Shown one piece after another: positions 18,140-26,998 of a DNA stretch of 32,121 nt. Made by a program: the position numbers and the translations under genes. The DNA comes from a virus. Lineage: Duplodnaviria; Caudoviricetes. How positions within the stretch are numbered: the first letter of the stretch is position 1; each line of letters begins with the position of its first letter. The notes under the pieces are model-generated. The model saw only the letters and a program-made list of their open reading frames with translations. It searched no databases and had not been told where the DNA came from. Where the stretch lies: positions 1-32,121 of the IMG/VR virus record IMGVR_UViG_3300020042_005194; one strand, given 5' to 3'.

Positions 18140-18476
18140 AATAATATAATTTAGTTAGTTGTTTTACTATTGAAGCATACACACCACCGCAAGTATTACA
18201 AGGCTCTATCTTTTTAAAGAAAGTCCTTTCGTAAATTGAAAGTAAATATAACGCGTCTTCGTTGTTTAGTTGTTTAGGGTTTAATCTTTGTAAGAATAAA
18301 GTAAACCATTCTTTGTCATCTTCTCCCATCTTAACTACTTTTTTAAACGGGAACATCGAAGCAAGATTTAAAACATCTTTTCTTGCTGCACACCCGTCAC
18401 ACTCTTTGATTCCAATTGCTTTTGTAACTTTGCTGATAGCGTCTCCAGCTCCTCGTATTTTTTTACTTCTTGCCAT
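18129..18476 (-). CDS. Hypothetical protein with two CxxC motifs
   Basis: GAGDAISKVTKAIGIKECDGC...PCNTC. Confidence 0.6.
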   Translation of the reverse strand: MARSKKIRGAGDAISKVTKAIGIKECDGCAARKDVLNLASMFPFKKVVKMGEDDKEWFTLFLQRLNPKQLNNEDALYLLSIYERTFFKKIEPCNTCGGVYASIVKQLTKLYYYEN

Positions 18477-18913
18477 ACTAATATTTTTAATTTGTGTTTT
18501 GTTTTTTGTATTAACGAAATACTTATTCCCGATTCTCTTGCAAACTCTCTTAATCCTAAATTAGATGAAAAGTGCATAATTACTTTTTCGTGCTTTTCTA
18601 ATTTACTATAAGCAATATCGAAACATTTCTTTTTTAATTCCGTGTTAAATTCGTTTTCGGTTGCGTATTCGTTTAGGGTTCTAATCTTATCGATATTAAT
18701 TGCATCGTGAACGTATTCCTTTTGTTTTCTTTTAGTATCTATAAATATAGAACGTATAATAAAATAAATGTATCCGTCGTCAACTTCTTTTTCTAACTCA
18801 ATAACTTTAATATACATATCTTGTACTATGTCTTGCGCATAGTCTTTACACTTGCAAAGGTTATAAGCTATTTGCACCCACTTTTTATGATTTTCTGCTA
18901 ACTTTTCAAGCAT
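18368..18913 (-). CDS. ECF-like RNA polymerase sigma factor
   Basis: Region-2-like AQDIVQDMYIK...YIYFIIRSIFID and region-4 HTH LREFARESGISISLI; likely start ATG 18913. Confidence 0.8.
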   Translation of the reverse strand: MLEKLAENHKKWVQIAYNLCKCKDYAQDIVQDMYIKVIELEKEVDDGYIYFIIRSIFIDTKRKQKEYVHDAINIDKIRTLNEYATENEFNTELKKKCFDIAYSKLEKHEKVIMHFSSNLGLREFARESGISISLIQKTKHKLKILVWQEVKKYEELETLSAKLQKQLESKSVTGVQQEKMF

Positions 18914-18931
18914 AAGTATTTGATTAAATGT

Positions 18932-18963
18932 CAAATATACAAATTTATTTTAACTATTTACAA
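18932..18963 (-). promoter_or_regulatory. Bacteroidota sigma70-type promoter for the sigma gene
   Basis: TATATTTG (-7 box) at 18939-18932 with TTG about 21 nt upstream. Confidence 0.55.
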
Positions 18964-19519
18964 TTTCTTCAAACATTTTAGGGTTTATTTTTTTTACTTG
19001 CTTCCACTGGTTCGGTGAAATATTTTTAACTGGCACATCCCAAAGTTCAGATTTAAATATTTTATTAGTTCTTAAATATTCCGCTAACTTTAAATTACTC
19101 ATTAACGATTTGTTTTTGTCTTGCTTGGTTAAAACCTTTACTCTTTGTGCTGGAATAAATTCATTTAAAGACTTGTTTTGATAGTAGTCTGATTGTTGTC
19201 TTGCTTTTCTATCTCGTAAGTTTTGATGATACGCTTCTATTTGGCCTTTATCTTTGTTTTGAAACGCAGTAAATAACATTTTAGTATCTATATCCTCTTT
19301 AAAAAGTTTTGCCTTTAAAAGCATATTATATAAGTTATCTCTATTGCAACCTATTTCTTTTGCTATTGTCGTGTATCGGTTTGTAATATTTCCAGTTAAT
19401 TGTTCTACTCTCATTTCAGCGTAAAAGCATCTTAACGCTACGTATGGAATAGTTCTGTTTTTTTCTTTTATGTTTATGGATAATGCTTGTTGCAGTTCCT
19501 TTGTGTTAGCGTAGTTCAT
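18950..19519 (-). CDS. Hypothetical protein, possible HTH DNA-binding
   Basis: YTTIAKEIGCNRDNLYNML looks like an HTH. Confidence 0.5.
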   Translation of the reverse strand: MNYANTKELQQALSINIKEKNRTIPYVALRCFYAEMRVEQLTGNITNRYTTIAKEIGCNRDNLYNMLLKAKLFKEDIDTKMLFTAFQNKDKGQIEAYHQNLRDRKARQQSDYYQNKSLNEFIPAQRVKVLTKQDKNKSLMSNLKLAEYLRTNKIFKSELWDVPVKNISPNQWKQVKKINPKMFEEIVNS

Positions 19520-19569
19520 AATCTATATTTTTTAAGTTACCGCACCAATAGTTAAATAAGTGCGGTTGG

Positions 19570-19797
19570 TTAGTTATCTTCTTTTATTTCTTCTATTAAT
19601 TTTTCGAATTCGTGTTCTAATGAATTACAATGAGTACATAAAGCATATGGCGGACTAAATTTTAAATAATCTTTTTTTACTAATTCACATCCTTGTGCTT
19701 TATAATAATACTCTTGCAATTTCCATTCAGCACTATTTGACTCTGAATCAATTATCATGCTAAATACGTGACCTTTTCTACATTGTATTCCTTTCAT
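19570..19797 (-). CDS. Small Cys/His-containing hypothetical protein
   Basis: 75 aa, CRKGH and CTHC; preceded by structured leader. Confidence 0.55.
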   Translation of the reverse strand: MKGIQCRKGHVFSMIIDSESNSAEWKLQEYYYKAQGCELVKKDYLKFSPPYALCTHCNSLEHEFEKLIEEIKEDN

Positions 19798-19811
19798 AAT
19801 ATTTTTAAATT

Positions 19812-19916
19812 AAAAAATCCTTTTTCAATACTCACAACATTCGCACTGTTGTTTTCTTAAAAAAGGATAAATTATAAGTTCTTTGTCGAGGTAGTGCGAA
19901 TACCTTTATTTTGACA
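19812..19916 (-). promoter_or_regulatory. Structured leader RNA 1: kissing hairpins plus terminator
   Basis: Minus: AGGTA-TTCGCAC-TACCT then ATCCTTTTT..ACAACA-GTGCGAA-TGTTGT..AAAAAGGAT-TTTTT; the two loops are exact complements. Confidence 0.65.
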
Positions 19917-19921
19917 TAGGA

Positions 19922-19952
19922 CAAATGTATAAAATGTTTTTTTAATACGCAA
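19922..19952 (-). promoter_or_regulatory. Bacteroidota sigma70-type promoter
   Basis: TTG-N20-TACATTTG directly upstream of leader 1. Confidence 0.6.
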
Positions 19953-19960
19953 GGTTTATT

Positions 19961-20914
19961 TTAAAAAAGTGTGTTTTTAATTATATCACCTTTACCATTC
20001 CAAAATATAGACTCAAATACTTTCTTCTTATTGTTAGTAGCTGACAAACTACTTCTGTGTGAAAACATTTCAATCTTTTCAAAAGGTGCATCATACTCAC
20101 TCAAATAAGCTGGATAATCTAAATTAGCAAACCATTGATAAAAAGAATCGTGATTAAATCCTCCATCTTTATATTCGCCTGTTCCTTTGTATGGAATATC
20201 ACAGTAAATTACAGGATTATTTCCTTGTATTAAAACTTTTTCATAACTTGTGTTATTTGTCTGTAGGTTCTGTAGGTTCTGTAGGTTCTGTAGGTTCTGT
20301 AGGGTCTGTAGGTTCTGTAGGTTCTGTAGTCGTGTTAAGTGTTCAACTAATTCTAAGTTTTGAACATCACATCTTTTTTCTGTTATTTTTTTAACGTGGC
20401 TACAAAAAGCTAATATTCTTTTTTGAATATCTTTTATTTTAAAAATACCATCCATATTTAAACCTAACTTAAACATTGCAGTTTCGTCTAAATTAACTAT
20501 TAATTCGTGTGCAAGTCTTTTAAATTCTTCAATATCAGCACCATATAAATATGAATTTTGACTATTACCAAAACTCCAGCAACTCATAACAAAACCAGAA
20601 AACCAATCCGCATCTTCATTACTTTTATTTATTTGTTTATGGAACTCTTCTCTGGTTACCCATTCGTAAAATTTAGGATCTAATTCTTTATTGTTTTTAA
20701 CATACTCTACTAAACTATAAATATGTTTATTTAATTCGTTGTAATGTACGTTAAAACGGTAATCTCTTACTGCAGTAAAACTAATTGAACCTCCACCGCC
20801 AAACAAATCATAAAAGTCTGTTATTTTTTCGTGTCTGTTTGTAATTTTTTCTAATATTTGAGAAGCTAATTTTCTCTTACTCCCCATATAAGGTATCCCT
20901 AAATTTTGTTTCAT
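19961..20914 (-). CDS. DNA adenine methyltransferase (Dam/D12-like)
   Basis: PYMGSKRKLA, DLFGGGGS SAM-binding motif, YCDIPY catalytic-motif variant. Confidence 0.85.
   Translation of the reverse strand: MKQNLGIPYMGSKRKLASQILEKITNRHEKITDFYDLFGGGGSISFTAVRDYRFNVHYNELNKHIYSLVEYVKNNKELDPKFYEWVTREEFHKQINKSNEDADWFSGFVMSCWSFGNSQNSYLYGADIEEFKRLAHELIVNLDETAMFKLGLNMDGIFKIKDIQKRILAFCSHVKKITEKRCDVQNLELVEHLTRLQNLQNLQTLQNLQNLQNLQNLQTNNTSYEKVLIQGNNPVIYCDIPYKGTGEYKDGGFNHDSFYQWFANLDYPAYLSEYDAPFEKIEMFSHRSSLSATNNKKKVFESIFWNGKGDIIKNTLF
20261..20329. repeat. 9-bp tandem repeat (CTGTAGGTT) x7 plus partial
   Basis: Seven units (one CTGTAGGGT) plus CTGTAG; encodes (LQN/LQT)8 in the methylase. Confidence 0.95.
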
Positions 20915-20920
20915 AATTAT

Positions 20921-21097
20921 TTATTTTTCTGTTAAACGTTTATTTTCAATACCATAATCAAACCACGCTATTTTATCTTTGTTTTTAAGATAATCTTTTC
21001 GTATTTCTGCCATATCTTCTGTTTTGTATTTTTTGCAGTCGTCTTTTACATCTAAAGTCTTACAAGTATTAATACAATGCTTACAGTAGGTTTTCAT
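20921..21097 (-). CDS. Small Cys-rich hypothetical protein (58 aa)
   Basis: Not in ORF track; MKTYCKHCINTCKTLDVKDDCKKY...; ATGA overlap with VRR-NUC stop. Confidence 0.55.
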   Translation of the reverse strand: MKTYCKHCINTCKTLDVKDDCKKYKTEDMAEIRKDYLKNKDKIAWFDYGIENKRLTEK

Positions 21098-21354
21098 ATC
21101 GGATATATTTGTCCTTTAGTATCTTGCAAACATATTGCTTTTTTACCTAAAGATATTAATTCGTCAATTCTTTGTTTCTGCAATTCTTTTAAAGTATCGT
21201 TTAATTCTTTGCACTCTATCCAAATATCTACTTCATTTTTTTTTATACATAATAAATCTGGATAACCACTATTAGAAAGCTTCATTATATTTAAAACTGT
21301 ATACCCTTTTAATTTATATTCTTTAATTATTTTACTTTGGAATTTTGACGCCAT
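21094..21354 (-). CDS. VRR-NUC domain nuclease
   Basis: GYPDLLC...WIECKE...LQKQRI PD-(D/E)xK motif; likely start MASKFQ at 21354. Confidence 0.85.
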   Translation of the reverse strand: MASKFQSKIIKEYKLKGYTVLNIMKLSNSGYPDLLCIKKNEVDIWIECKELNDTLKELQKQRIDELISLGKKAICLQDTKGQIYPI

Positions 21355-22576
21355 GGTTTTCTTTTTTAAATATTGATAATGTGAAATTTTTCTTTTGCAT
21401 AACTGATTTATAAATTTGTTCTTCAATTCCGTTATCTGAAAAAATCCAATAAATATTATTTTCTTTTCTATCCATTGTAGTAAGTCTATCTCTTGACTGC
21501 CAATAACTAACTGCTGAATAATCAATATTAAAATAAATTAAATATTCCGCTTCTTTTAAAGAAATTCCCTCACGACCTGAAACAATTTGTAAGGCAATAT
21601 TTTTATCGGTTGTATTGAATGTTTCTAAATCAAAACATAAGTTATCTTTAAACGTATCTTTTAATAAATTAAGTTCTTCTTGAAACTTATAAAAAATTGC
21701 TATTTTATTGTTTTTAAATTTTTCTTTTATAAAAGTAGCTTTTGAATTATCTGTTATTATCGATTTTCCACTTTCTAAAATACAAGTTCCAGAGTAAAGC
21801 TGGTGCAATTTACTCATTAATTTTGCTCCAGTATCAGCAATTATCAAATCGTTATTACCTTTGAAAATATTTTCTTTTTTTAATTGGTTAGCTATTCTAT
21901 AAGTTAAATCACTCATTCTAACTTTTAAAACATTTTCTTTTACTGAAGTTGTAAAACCAGCTTCTTCTTGTGTAAAAGTAATAATATATTTTTTCAATAT
22001 ACTATCAATTAATATTTTATTTGCATCGGTATAATCTTTAATTTGATAACCAGCCAAGAATTTTAATTTAACATTAACAAATTCAGCAGCCCATTTATAG
22101 AAGTTAGTATTTTGTTGGAATGGTGTAAACTTACTTAACCAAAATTGATGGTACCATTGTGAGTGACTTTCTGGAGTTGGTGTACCACTTAAAAAAATCA
22201 TTGGCAAATGAGAAAACCTTTCTTTTATTTCTTTAGTTATTTTATTAGGTTTTGGAAAAGCTCCGTTTCTGTGATGTTCATCACTAATAATTAAATCAAA
22301 GTCATTATCTTTAATTAAATGTAAACTTTCATTGTTAATAACTACTAATTCAAAATTAAAATTAAAGTTCTTATAATCTTCTTGGATTGACTTAATCGCT
22401 TTCTTTTTAGTAAGAAACAAAACTTTTTTAGCATTGTATAATTTAGCTATTTGTAATGAAGTAATTGTTTTTCCAGTTCTTACTTCCATAGCTAAATAAA
22501 CTATCTTTAATTTGCGTAAAGTATCAACTGCTTTTTCAGCTAAAACTTCTTGGTATTTTCTTAAATTGTATATCAT
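21332..22576 (-). CDS. Superfamily 2 (SNF2-like) helicase
   Basis: LRKYQ, MEVRTGKT, ISDEHH, LSGTP, SGREGISL, QSRDR motifs. Confidence 0.9.
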   Translation of the reverse strand: MIYNLRKYQEVLAEKAVDTLRKLKIVYLAMEVRTGKTITSLQIAKLYNAKKVLFLTKKKAIKSIQEDYKNFNFNFELVVINNESLHLIKDNDFDLIISDEHHRNGAFPKPNKITKEIKERFSHLPMIFLSGTPTPESHSQWYHQFWLSKFTPFQQNTNFYKWAAEFVNVKLKFLAGYQIKDYTDANKILIDSILKKYIITFTQEEAGFTTSVKENVLKVRMSDLTYRIANQLKKENIFKGNNDLIIADTGAKLMSKLHQLYSGTCILESGKSIITDNSKATFIKEKFKNNKIAIFYKFQEELNLLKDTFKDNLCFDLETFNTTDKNIALQIVSGREGISLKEAEYLIYFNIDYSAVSYWQSRDRLTTMDRKENNIYWIFSDNGIEEQIYKSVMQKKNFTLSIFKKENHGVKIPK

Positions 22577-22590
22577 AATTTGTTTTTTTA

Positions 22591-22820
22591 TTTTGAACTA
22601 AAATTGAACCATTTTGAACCAAGGTTCAACGTGGGAAGCATTGGTTTTATTGAGTTTTGAACCAAATTGAACCAAATAGGTTCAAAATATATTTTTCGAA
22701 ATTTTTATTTCTATTTTTTTATTTCATTTTACATTTTGAACTAAATTGTTCAAAATAGGTTCAAAACCTTTATTTTATTAGGTCTAACAACTTTGAACTT
22801 GGTTCAATTTTGGTTCAATT
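22591..22820. repeat. Putative replication origin with TTGAAC iterons
   Basis: 13 copies (7 TTGAAC, 6 GTTCAA) in two inverted blocks around an AT-rich core, between primase and helicase genes. Confidence 0.75.
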
Positions 22821-25134
22821 ATTTATCTAATTCTTTAATATATTTGTAAATCATCCTTAAAGAAACACCTAAATTTTCAGAAACATCTTTTTTATTTATA
22901 TCTGGATTATTTTTATAAATCTCAATAAACTGCTCTTTTGCACTTTTATTTTTATTGTTCAAAATAATAGATTTCATACTGTTTATTTCAATAGAATTCA
23001 TTTTTACTTTTTTAGCAGTAGCAATAAAGTAATTACTTAATTTTTCTGCTTTTAAGACACTTTCTTTTGAAATACCTAAACTATTACCGCCGTCACTAAA
23101 AAACTCGTCAAATACGTGAATTAATAACGAAAAACGTGGTATGTAACTTTTTTGTTTAGGATACATACTTTTTAAATATTCATTTTCGTTATCGTCATTT
23201 TGAAAGTTAGAAATTTTATTAAAAATTCTTTTCCATTCCTCTTTAGCTTCTGGTAGAAAAACAGCCGTTAATGGTATTATACTATTTTCTGAATCTCTTT
23301 TAATAATTCTTTTTAAGGTATCATAAAAAGAAACTATATTTTCTTTGTACCAGTCTAAAACCTCGTATTCCATTTCGTTTTCATTGTATAGTTCAATTAC
23401 ACTATCTGGAAATGATAACAACATCCTATCCATAAAACCATTATCTTTATTTTCTTCAGTATAAAAAGAATTTAAAATACTCGGTTGTATACCACCAAGA
23501 ACAGGAATAAAAGGTTTTTCTACAAATGAACTTTTTGCCGTTTTACGATTGAAACTCACGGACTTACCACTCCAACAAGATAACCAGAATTCTAAATCCG
23601 AACCAGCTCTATACTTATTCATATCTTTTAACCACCCCGCAAGTTCATCTTTAAAAACTCCTACTACATTATCACTATCTTGGTGTAAATCTACTAACGC
23701 TTCAAGTGTAATATCATTTGCTATAAATTGGCTTTTACTCGGTTGTGTTACTTCTAAAGACTCTTTCTTTTCCTTTGGTGGTAATGAATTATAAGCATCG
23801 TATTTTTCCATTTCTTTATAGTATTTTTTAATTTCTCTACTATTTATTTTTTGCAATGGAAATATAATATTGTTAATACTTGGAGTTTTACCAATACCAG
23901 CTTTACCAACTAAAGAAAGCCAAACACTTGCGTTTTCTGTCCATCCTTTTTTAACTTCAATTTCAATAGAGTTACCAACACAAACAGAAATTAACCAAAT
24001 TAAAGAACATCCCATATAATCAATATTAGAATCTAATTTTTGATTACATTCCATTATATAATTTTGCATAGGTTTAGGAAAAATGTCAATTGGGAAAATT
24101 AAGTCTTCTGAATTGATAATGTGTTTTTCTATTAGTTCAGAATTATCTGGCACAGACTTACTGGCTTCTTGTATTTTCTTTTCAATACGTGATCCAAAAC
24201 CTAATTTATATAATTCACTTGCAGCTTCTTTAAAATTACCATTATGATATTTATAAGAATAAGCAATAAAAGGAGTTATTAATTTTTCGTGTGGGTATAT
24301 TGTACCAGTTGTAAATAAGAACATACAACCACTATCTTTAAAAACATAACCAGAATGTTCAGCAGTTGAACCATGTCTTTTTATTAAAGTCCATTTACTT
24401 TTATTACCATTTCTTGGTATTGAAAACTCTCCATCGATAACATCCCAAATAGAAGTTTTATTATTATAATCTTCCCATGGAGAAAATTCTCCAGTAATAA
24501 ATTCTGTTTTTCGTTTTTCTGGTTCAATTGGCTTTTCTTCTATATGGTTATACATTCCAGAAACTTCAAAAAGCATTTCTCTATCTTTGTCAGAAATATA
24601 ATCTACTTCAAAATAAGAACGTTTAGAAACTTTATTTTCTGGATACGCAAACACATAACCCCATTTACCACGAGTTTCAATAATAGCTTCTTTATGCCCT
24701 TTTAACTTTGCTACTTTTGTATTTCCTTGAACTCTTTTACTTTTATAAAGTATATGAAACCCCTCGTTTTTTGTTTTATAGATAGCAAACTTTTCTTCAA
24801 AGTCAATAATATTATCTTTTAACATATTGAAATATTCATCCCAAAACTCAACTTTTTCTTGAGCAGTTGAAAATACTTTTAAATCAATATCAAAAACTTC
24901 TAAATCTTCAAAACCAGTTACCAATCCAAAACCATGCGTTGGTTTTACTTCGTGAACTATTCCGCTTTCATCTGTCCACTTTTGCCCACCTTTGTATTCT
25001 AAACGATAAGTAAGTTTAGAAACATCTAACTTTTCAGTTTGTTGTTTAGTCCATCCAAAGTTAGGAACTTTGTTTTCTCCAACTGTAATAACTGAGAAGT
25101 TCTCTAAAAACTTTAATACTTTTTGTGTGTCCAT
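22819..25134 (-). CDS. Primase-polymerase / DUF3987-like helicase fusion
   Basis: Prim-Pol motifs FDIDLK and TKNEGFHILY; Walker A GKAGIGKT, KDELAGW, GGIQP; C-terminal HTH. Confidence 0.85.
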   Translation of the reverse strand: MDTQKVLKFLENFSVITVGENKVPNFGWTKQQTEKLDVSKLTYRLEYKGGQKWTDESGIVHEVKPTHGFGLVTGFEDLEVFDIDLKVFSTAQEKVEFWDEYFNMLKDNIIDFEEKFAIYKTKNEGFHILYKSKRVQGNTKVAKLKGHKEAIIETRGKWGYVFAYPENKVSKRSYFEVDYISDKDREMLFEVSGMYNHIEEKPIEPEKRKTEFITGEFSPWEDYNNKTSIWDVIDGEFSIPRNGNKSKWTLIKRHGSTAEHSGYVFKDSGCMFLFTTGTIYPHEKLITPFIAYSYKYHNGNFKEAASELYKLGFGSRIEKKIQEASKSVPDNSELIEKHIINSEDLIFPIDIFPKPMQNYIMECNQKLDSNIDYMGCSLIWLISVCVGNSIEIEVKKGWTENASVWLSLVGKAGIGKTPSINNIIFPLQKINSREIKKYYKEMEKYDAYNSLPPKEKKESLEVTQPSKSQFIANDITLEALVDLHQDSDNVVGVFKDELAGWLKDMNKYRAGSDLEFWLSCWSGKSVSFNRKTAKSSFVEKPFIPVLGGIQPSILNSFYTEENKDNGFMDRMLLSFPDSVIELYNENEMEYEVLDWYKENIVSFYDTLKRIIKRDSENSIIPLTAVFLPEAKEEWKRIFNKISNFQNDDNENEYLKSMYPKQKSYIPRFSLLIHVFDEFFSDGGNSLGISKESVLKAEKLSNYFIATAKKVKMNSIEINSMKSIILNNKNKSAKEQFIEIYKNNPDINKKDVSENLGVSLRMIYKYIKELDK

Positions 25135-25145
25135 TTAATTATAAT

Positions 25146-25250
25146 AAAAATAGCCCACAATTTCAAGCGGGCAGGCTTTACTTTTGTGAGCTTTTTAAAA
25201 AATATCTTCTATGCTATCGAACCTGCCCGAACAATAACTACACAATATTA
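25146..25250 (-). promoter_or_regulatory. Structured leader RNA 2: kissing hairpins plus terminator upstream of primase
   Basis: Minus: GTTATTG-TTCGGGCAGGTT-CGATAGC then AGCTCACAA..AAGC-CTGCCC-GCTT..TTGTGGGCT-ATTTTT; TAATATTG -7-like box just upstream. Confidence 0.65.
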
Positions 25251-25254
25251 CAAC

Positions 25255-25292
25255 AAAAAAAAATACCTACCAAATAAATTGATAGGTATTTT
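25255..25292 (-). terminator. Intrinsic terminator after DUF3127 gene
   Basis: AAATACCTATCAA-TTTAT-TTGGTAGGTATTT plus T-run on minus strand. Confidence 0.7.
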
Positions 25293-25296
25293 ATAA

Positions 25297-25569
25297 TTAA
25301 AATGATGCTTTTTCTGTGACTTCTATTTTCCAACCATTTAAAGAAACATAATATTTTTCATTGTATTCATTTCCTCTTACATTAATTGAAACTTTTACTT
25401 TGTCACCTATTCCAATTCCATTAAGTAAATCGCATTTACCTTGAACGAAATCAATAGGTATTTTCTGTACATATTGTTCTTCTGTTTCAATTACTAATAA
25501 TCTTTTTTTGAAAGATGCACTTACATTTTCCTCATCGTTTATAACGATTACTTTTCCGTTTAATTCCAT
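25297..25569 (-). CDS. DUF3127 family protein (putative ssDNA-binding)
   Basis: MELNGKV...FKKRLLVIET...GDKVKVSINVRGNEY...YYVSLNGWKIE. Confidence 0.8.
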   Translation of the reverse strand: MELNGKVIVINDEENVSASFKKRLLVIETEEQYVQKIPIDFVQGKCDLLNGIGIGDKVKVSINVRGNEYNEKYYVSLNGWKIEVTEKASF

Positions 25570-26183
25570 TGTTTATTATTATTTATTAAGTTAATATGCT
25601 CTAATTTGATTTTTATTACTTCTTCTAAACGTTCTTTAATTAATTCAATTGTTTTTTCACAACGATTAACTTCAATAGTATGATAATATTCTGTACCATC
25701 GTGAATAAGATAATTAAAGAAATACGCTTTTTCTCTATTGCTGCATAACATTTGATGTTGCATTTGTGCAAAATACTTTTTATCTATTTCATTAGTTGCT
25801 ACTAATTCAAAGAAAGTAGTTGACTTTGGACACTTAATTTCAAGAACTGAATTATCACTTACTAAACCATCTGGAGATGCTCCAGAATGTTCGCCAAATT
25901 TAAAGAAACTACAATTTTCAACTTCTAAAAACTCCAATCCTTTAATTTGTTTAAATTTTTCAAAGGCTAAAGGTTCGGTTTCAATTCCTCTTTGCATATC
26001 AAACGAAATAAAATTTTCTTCCATTTCTCCGAATAATTCTTCAATTGCTTTTTCAATTGCGTAAGTTTTACCTGTTTCGCCTAAACCTCTAACTCCTAAA
26101 ATTTTATAAATTTCACTTGCTGAAAATTTTCCGTATCGTTCTTTTTTCCAGTCATCGCTTCTTTGTTCGCTATTACTTTGCAT
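25560..26183 (-). CDS. YqaJ/lambda-exonuclease family recombination nuclease
   Basis: EQRSDDW..R.GKFSASE, G...EP.A, GASPDG, LEIKCP, QMQHQM. Confidence 0.9.
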   Translation of the reverse strand: MQSNSEQRSDDWKKERYGKFSASEIYKILGVRGLGETGKTYAIEKAIEELFGEMEENFISFDMQRGIETEPLAFEKFKQIKGLEFLEVENCSFFKFGEHSGASPDGLVSDNSVLEIKCPKSTTFFELVATNEIDKKYFAQMQHQMLCSNREKAYFFNYLIHDGTEYYHTIEVNRCEKTIELIKERLEEVIKIKLEHINLINNNKQWN

Positions 26184-26694
26184 AAGCTAAATATTGTTTT
26201 TCCACTTCTGGAGTTAATGTATATTTTGTTTTAATTTGTTCAATTGTAGCTTTTGCAGTTTTAGCACTTTCAAAGTTAGCAGTTGTAAAAATTGGTTTTT
26301 CTACTTTATCAGTAGGTTGTAAAGGTTTAATTCTAACACCATCTGTAATAGCACCCATCATTTTCACATTATGGTCTACGTACATTTCAATACGCATTCC
26401 TTTCCAATTTTCTATAACGTGGCATTCCTTACCGATTAAACCGTTTTTCTTTGCGAATCCAGCTAATATTTTGTTATTAGTAGAATTAAGTTTTAATGGT
26501 TTAATATTTTCTACAAAATAGCAAAATATACCATTCATTTTAGTACCAGAAACATCTACGTTTTCTTCATACTTTACTTCTTTAATTGTAAAGATTAGTT
26601 TTTTACCTTCTGTTTCAAGTGCGTCAAGGTCGGCACTCGCTAAATGTGTTGACTTTCTGAATTTTCTCCAGTCTGTTTGTGTTTGATTTTCCAT
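26173..26694 (-). CDS. Hypothetical protein, possible ssDNA-annealing partner
   Basis: 173 aa directly upstream of YqaJ; function inferred from position. Confidence 0.45.
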   Translation of the reverse strand: MENQTQTDWRKFRKSTHLASADLDALETEGKKLIFTIKEVKYEENVDVSGTKMNGIFCYFVENIKPLKLNSTNNKILAGFAKKNGLIGKECHVIENWKGMRIEMYVDHNVKMMGAITDGVRIKPLQPTDKVEKPIFTTANFESAKTAKATIEQIKTKYTLTPEVEKQYLAYAK

Positions 26695-26726
26695 AATGTT
26701 TGTTTTATTTTTTAGGTTTGTAAATG

Positions 26727-26744
26727 TACGAAATTATTTTCGTA
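26727..26744. promoter_or_regulatory. 18-bp palindromic operator-like site
   Basis: TACGAAA-TTAT-TTTCGTA overlapping a TACATTTA -7-like box. Confidence 0.6.
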
Positions 26745-26993
26745 TTAACTAAAATTACTATCACTAATTATCTTGTAATTTTGAACTTTTATTTCGTTTG
26801 TGATTTTATCCGTTTCTAATTGCTTTTCAATAAGTGATAAAAACAAATTCAAACTTTCATCGCTTGGATTGTTGCGCTCATCTAAAAATCCTTTGCACTT
26901 TTCTAAACCGTGACGTTTTTGACACGCTTTGATAAAATCCATTTTATCCTGGATTAGTGCGTATTTCTGTTTGGCTAATTTTTGTAAACTCAT
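26745..26993 (-). CDS. Hypothetical protein (82 aa)
   Basis: ORF in tightly packed early block. Confidence 0.5.
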   Translation of the reverse strand: MSLQKLAKQKYALIQDKMDFIKACQKRHGLEKCKGFLDERNNPSDESLNLFLSLIEKQLETDKITNEIKVQNYKIISDSNFS

Positions 26994-26998
26994 AACTT

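Noticed and set aside
19539-19566. ACCGCAC/GTGCGGT intergenic hairpin
   Set aside because: 7-bp stem without an adjacent U-tract on the coding strand; function not supportable
20191-20394. Plus-strand ORF with (VGS)n repeat
   Set aside because: Antisense shadow of the 9-bp repeat within the methyltransferase
21355-21525. Long N-terminal extensions in the ORF track (VRR-NUC; also 2801, 18934 and 31629 starts)
   Set aside because: They overlap upstream genes, promoters or the attC-like site; downstream ATGs fit the domain starts better
22591-22820. Possible CRISPR array
   Set aside because: Repeats are 6-10 bp in both orientations with no unique 30-40 bp spacers and no cas genes
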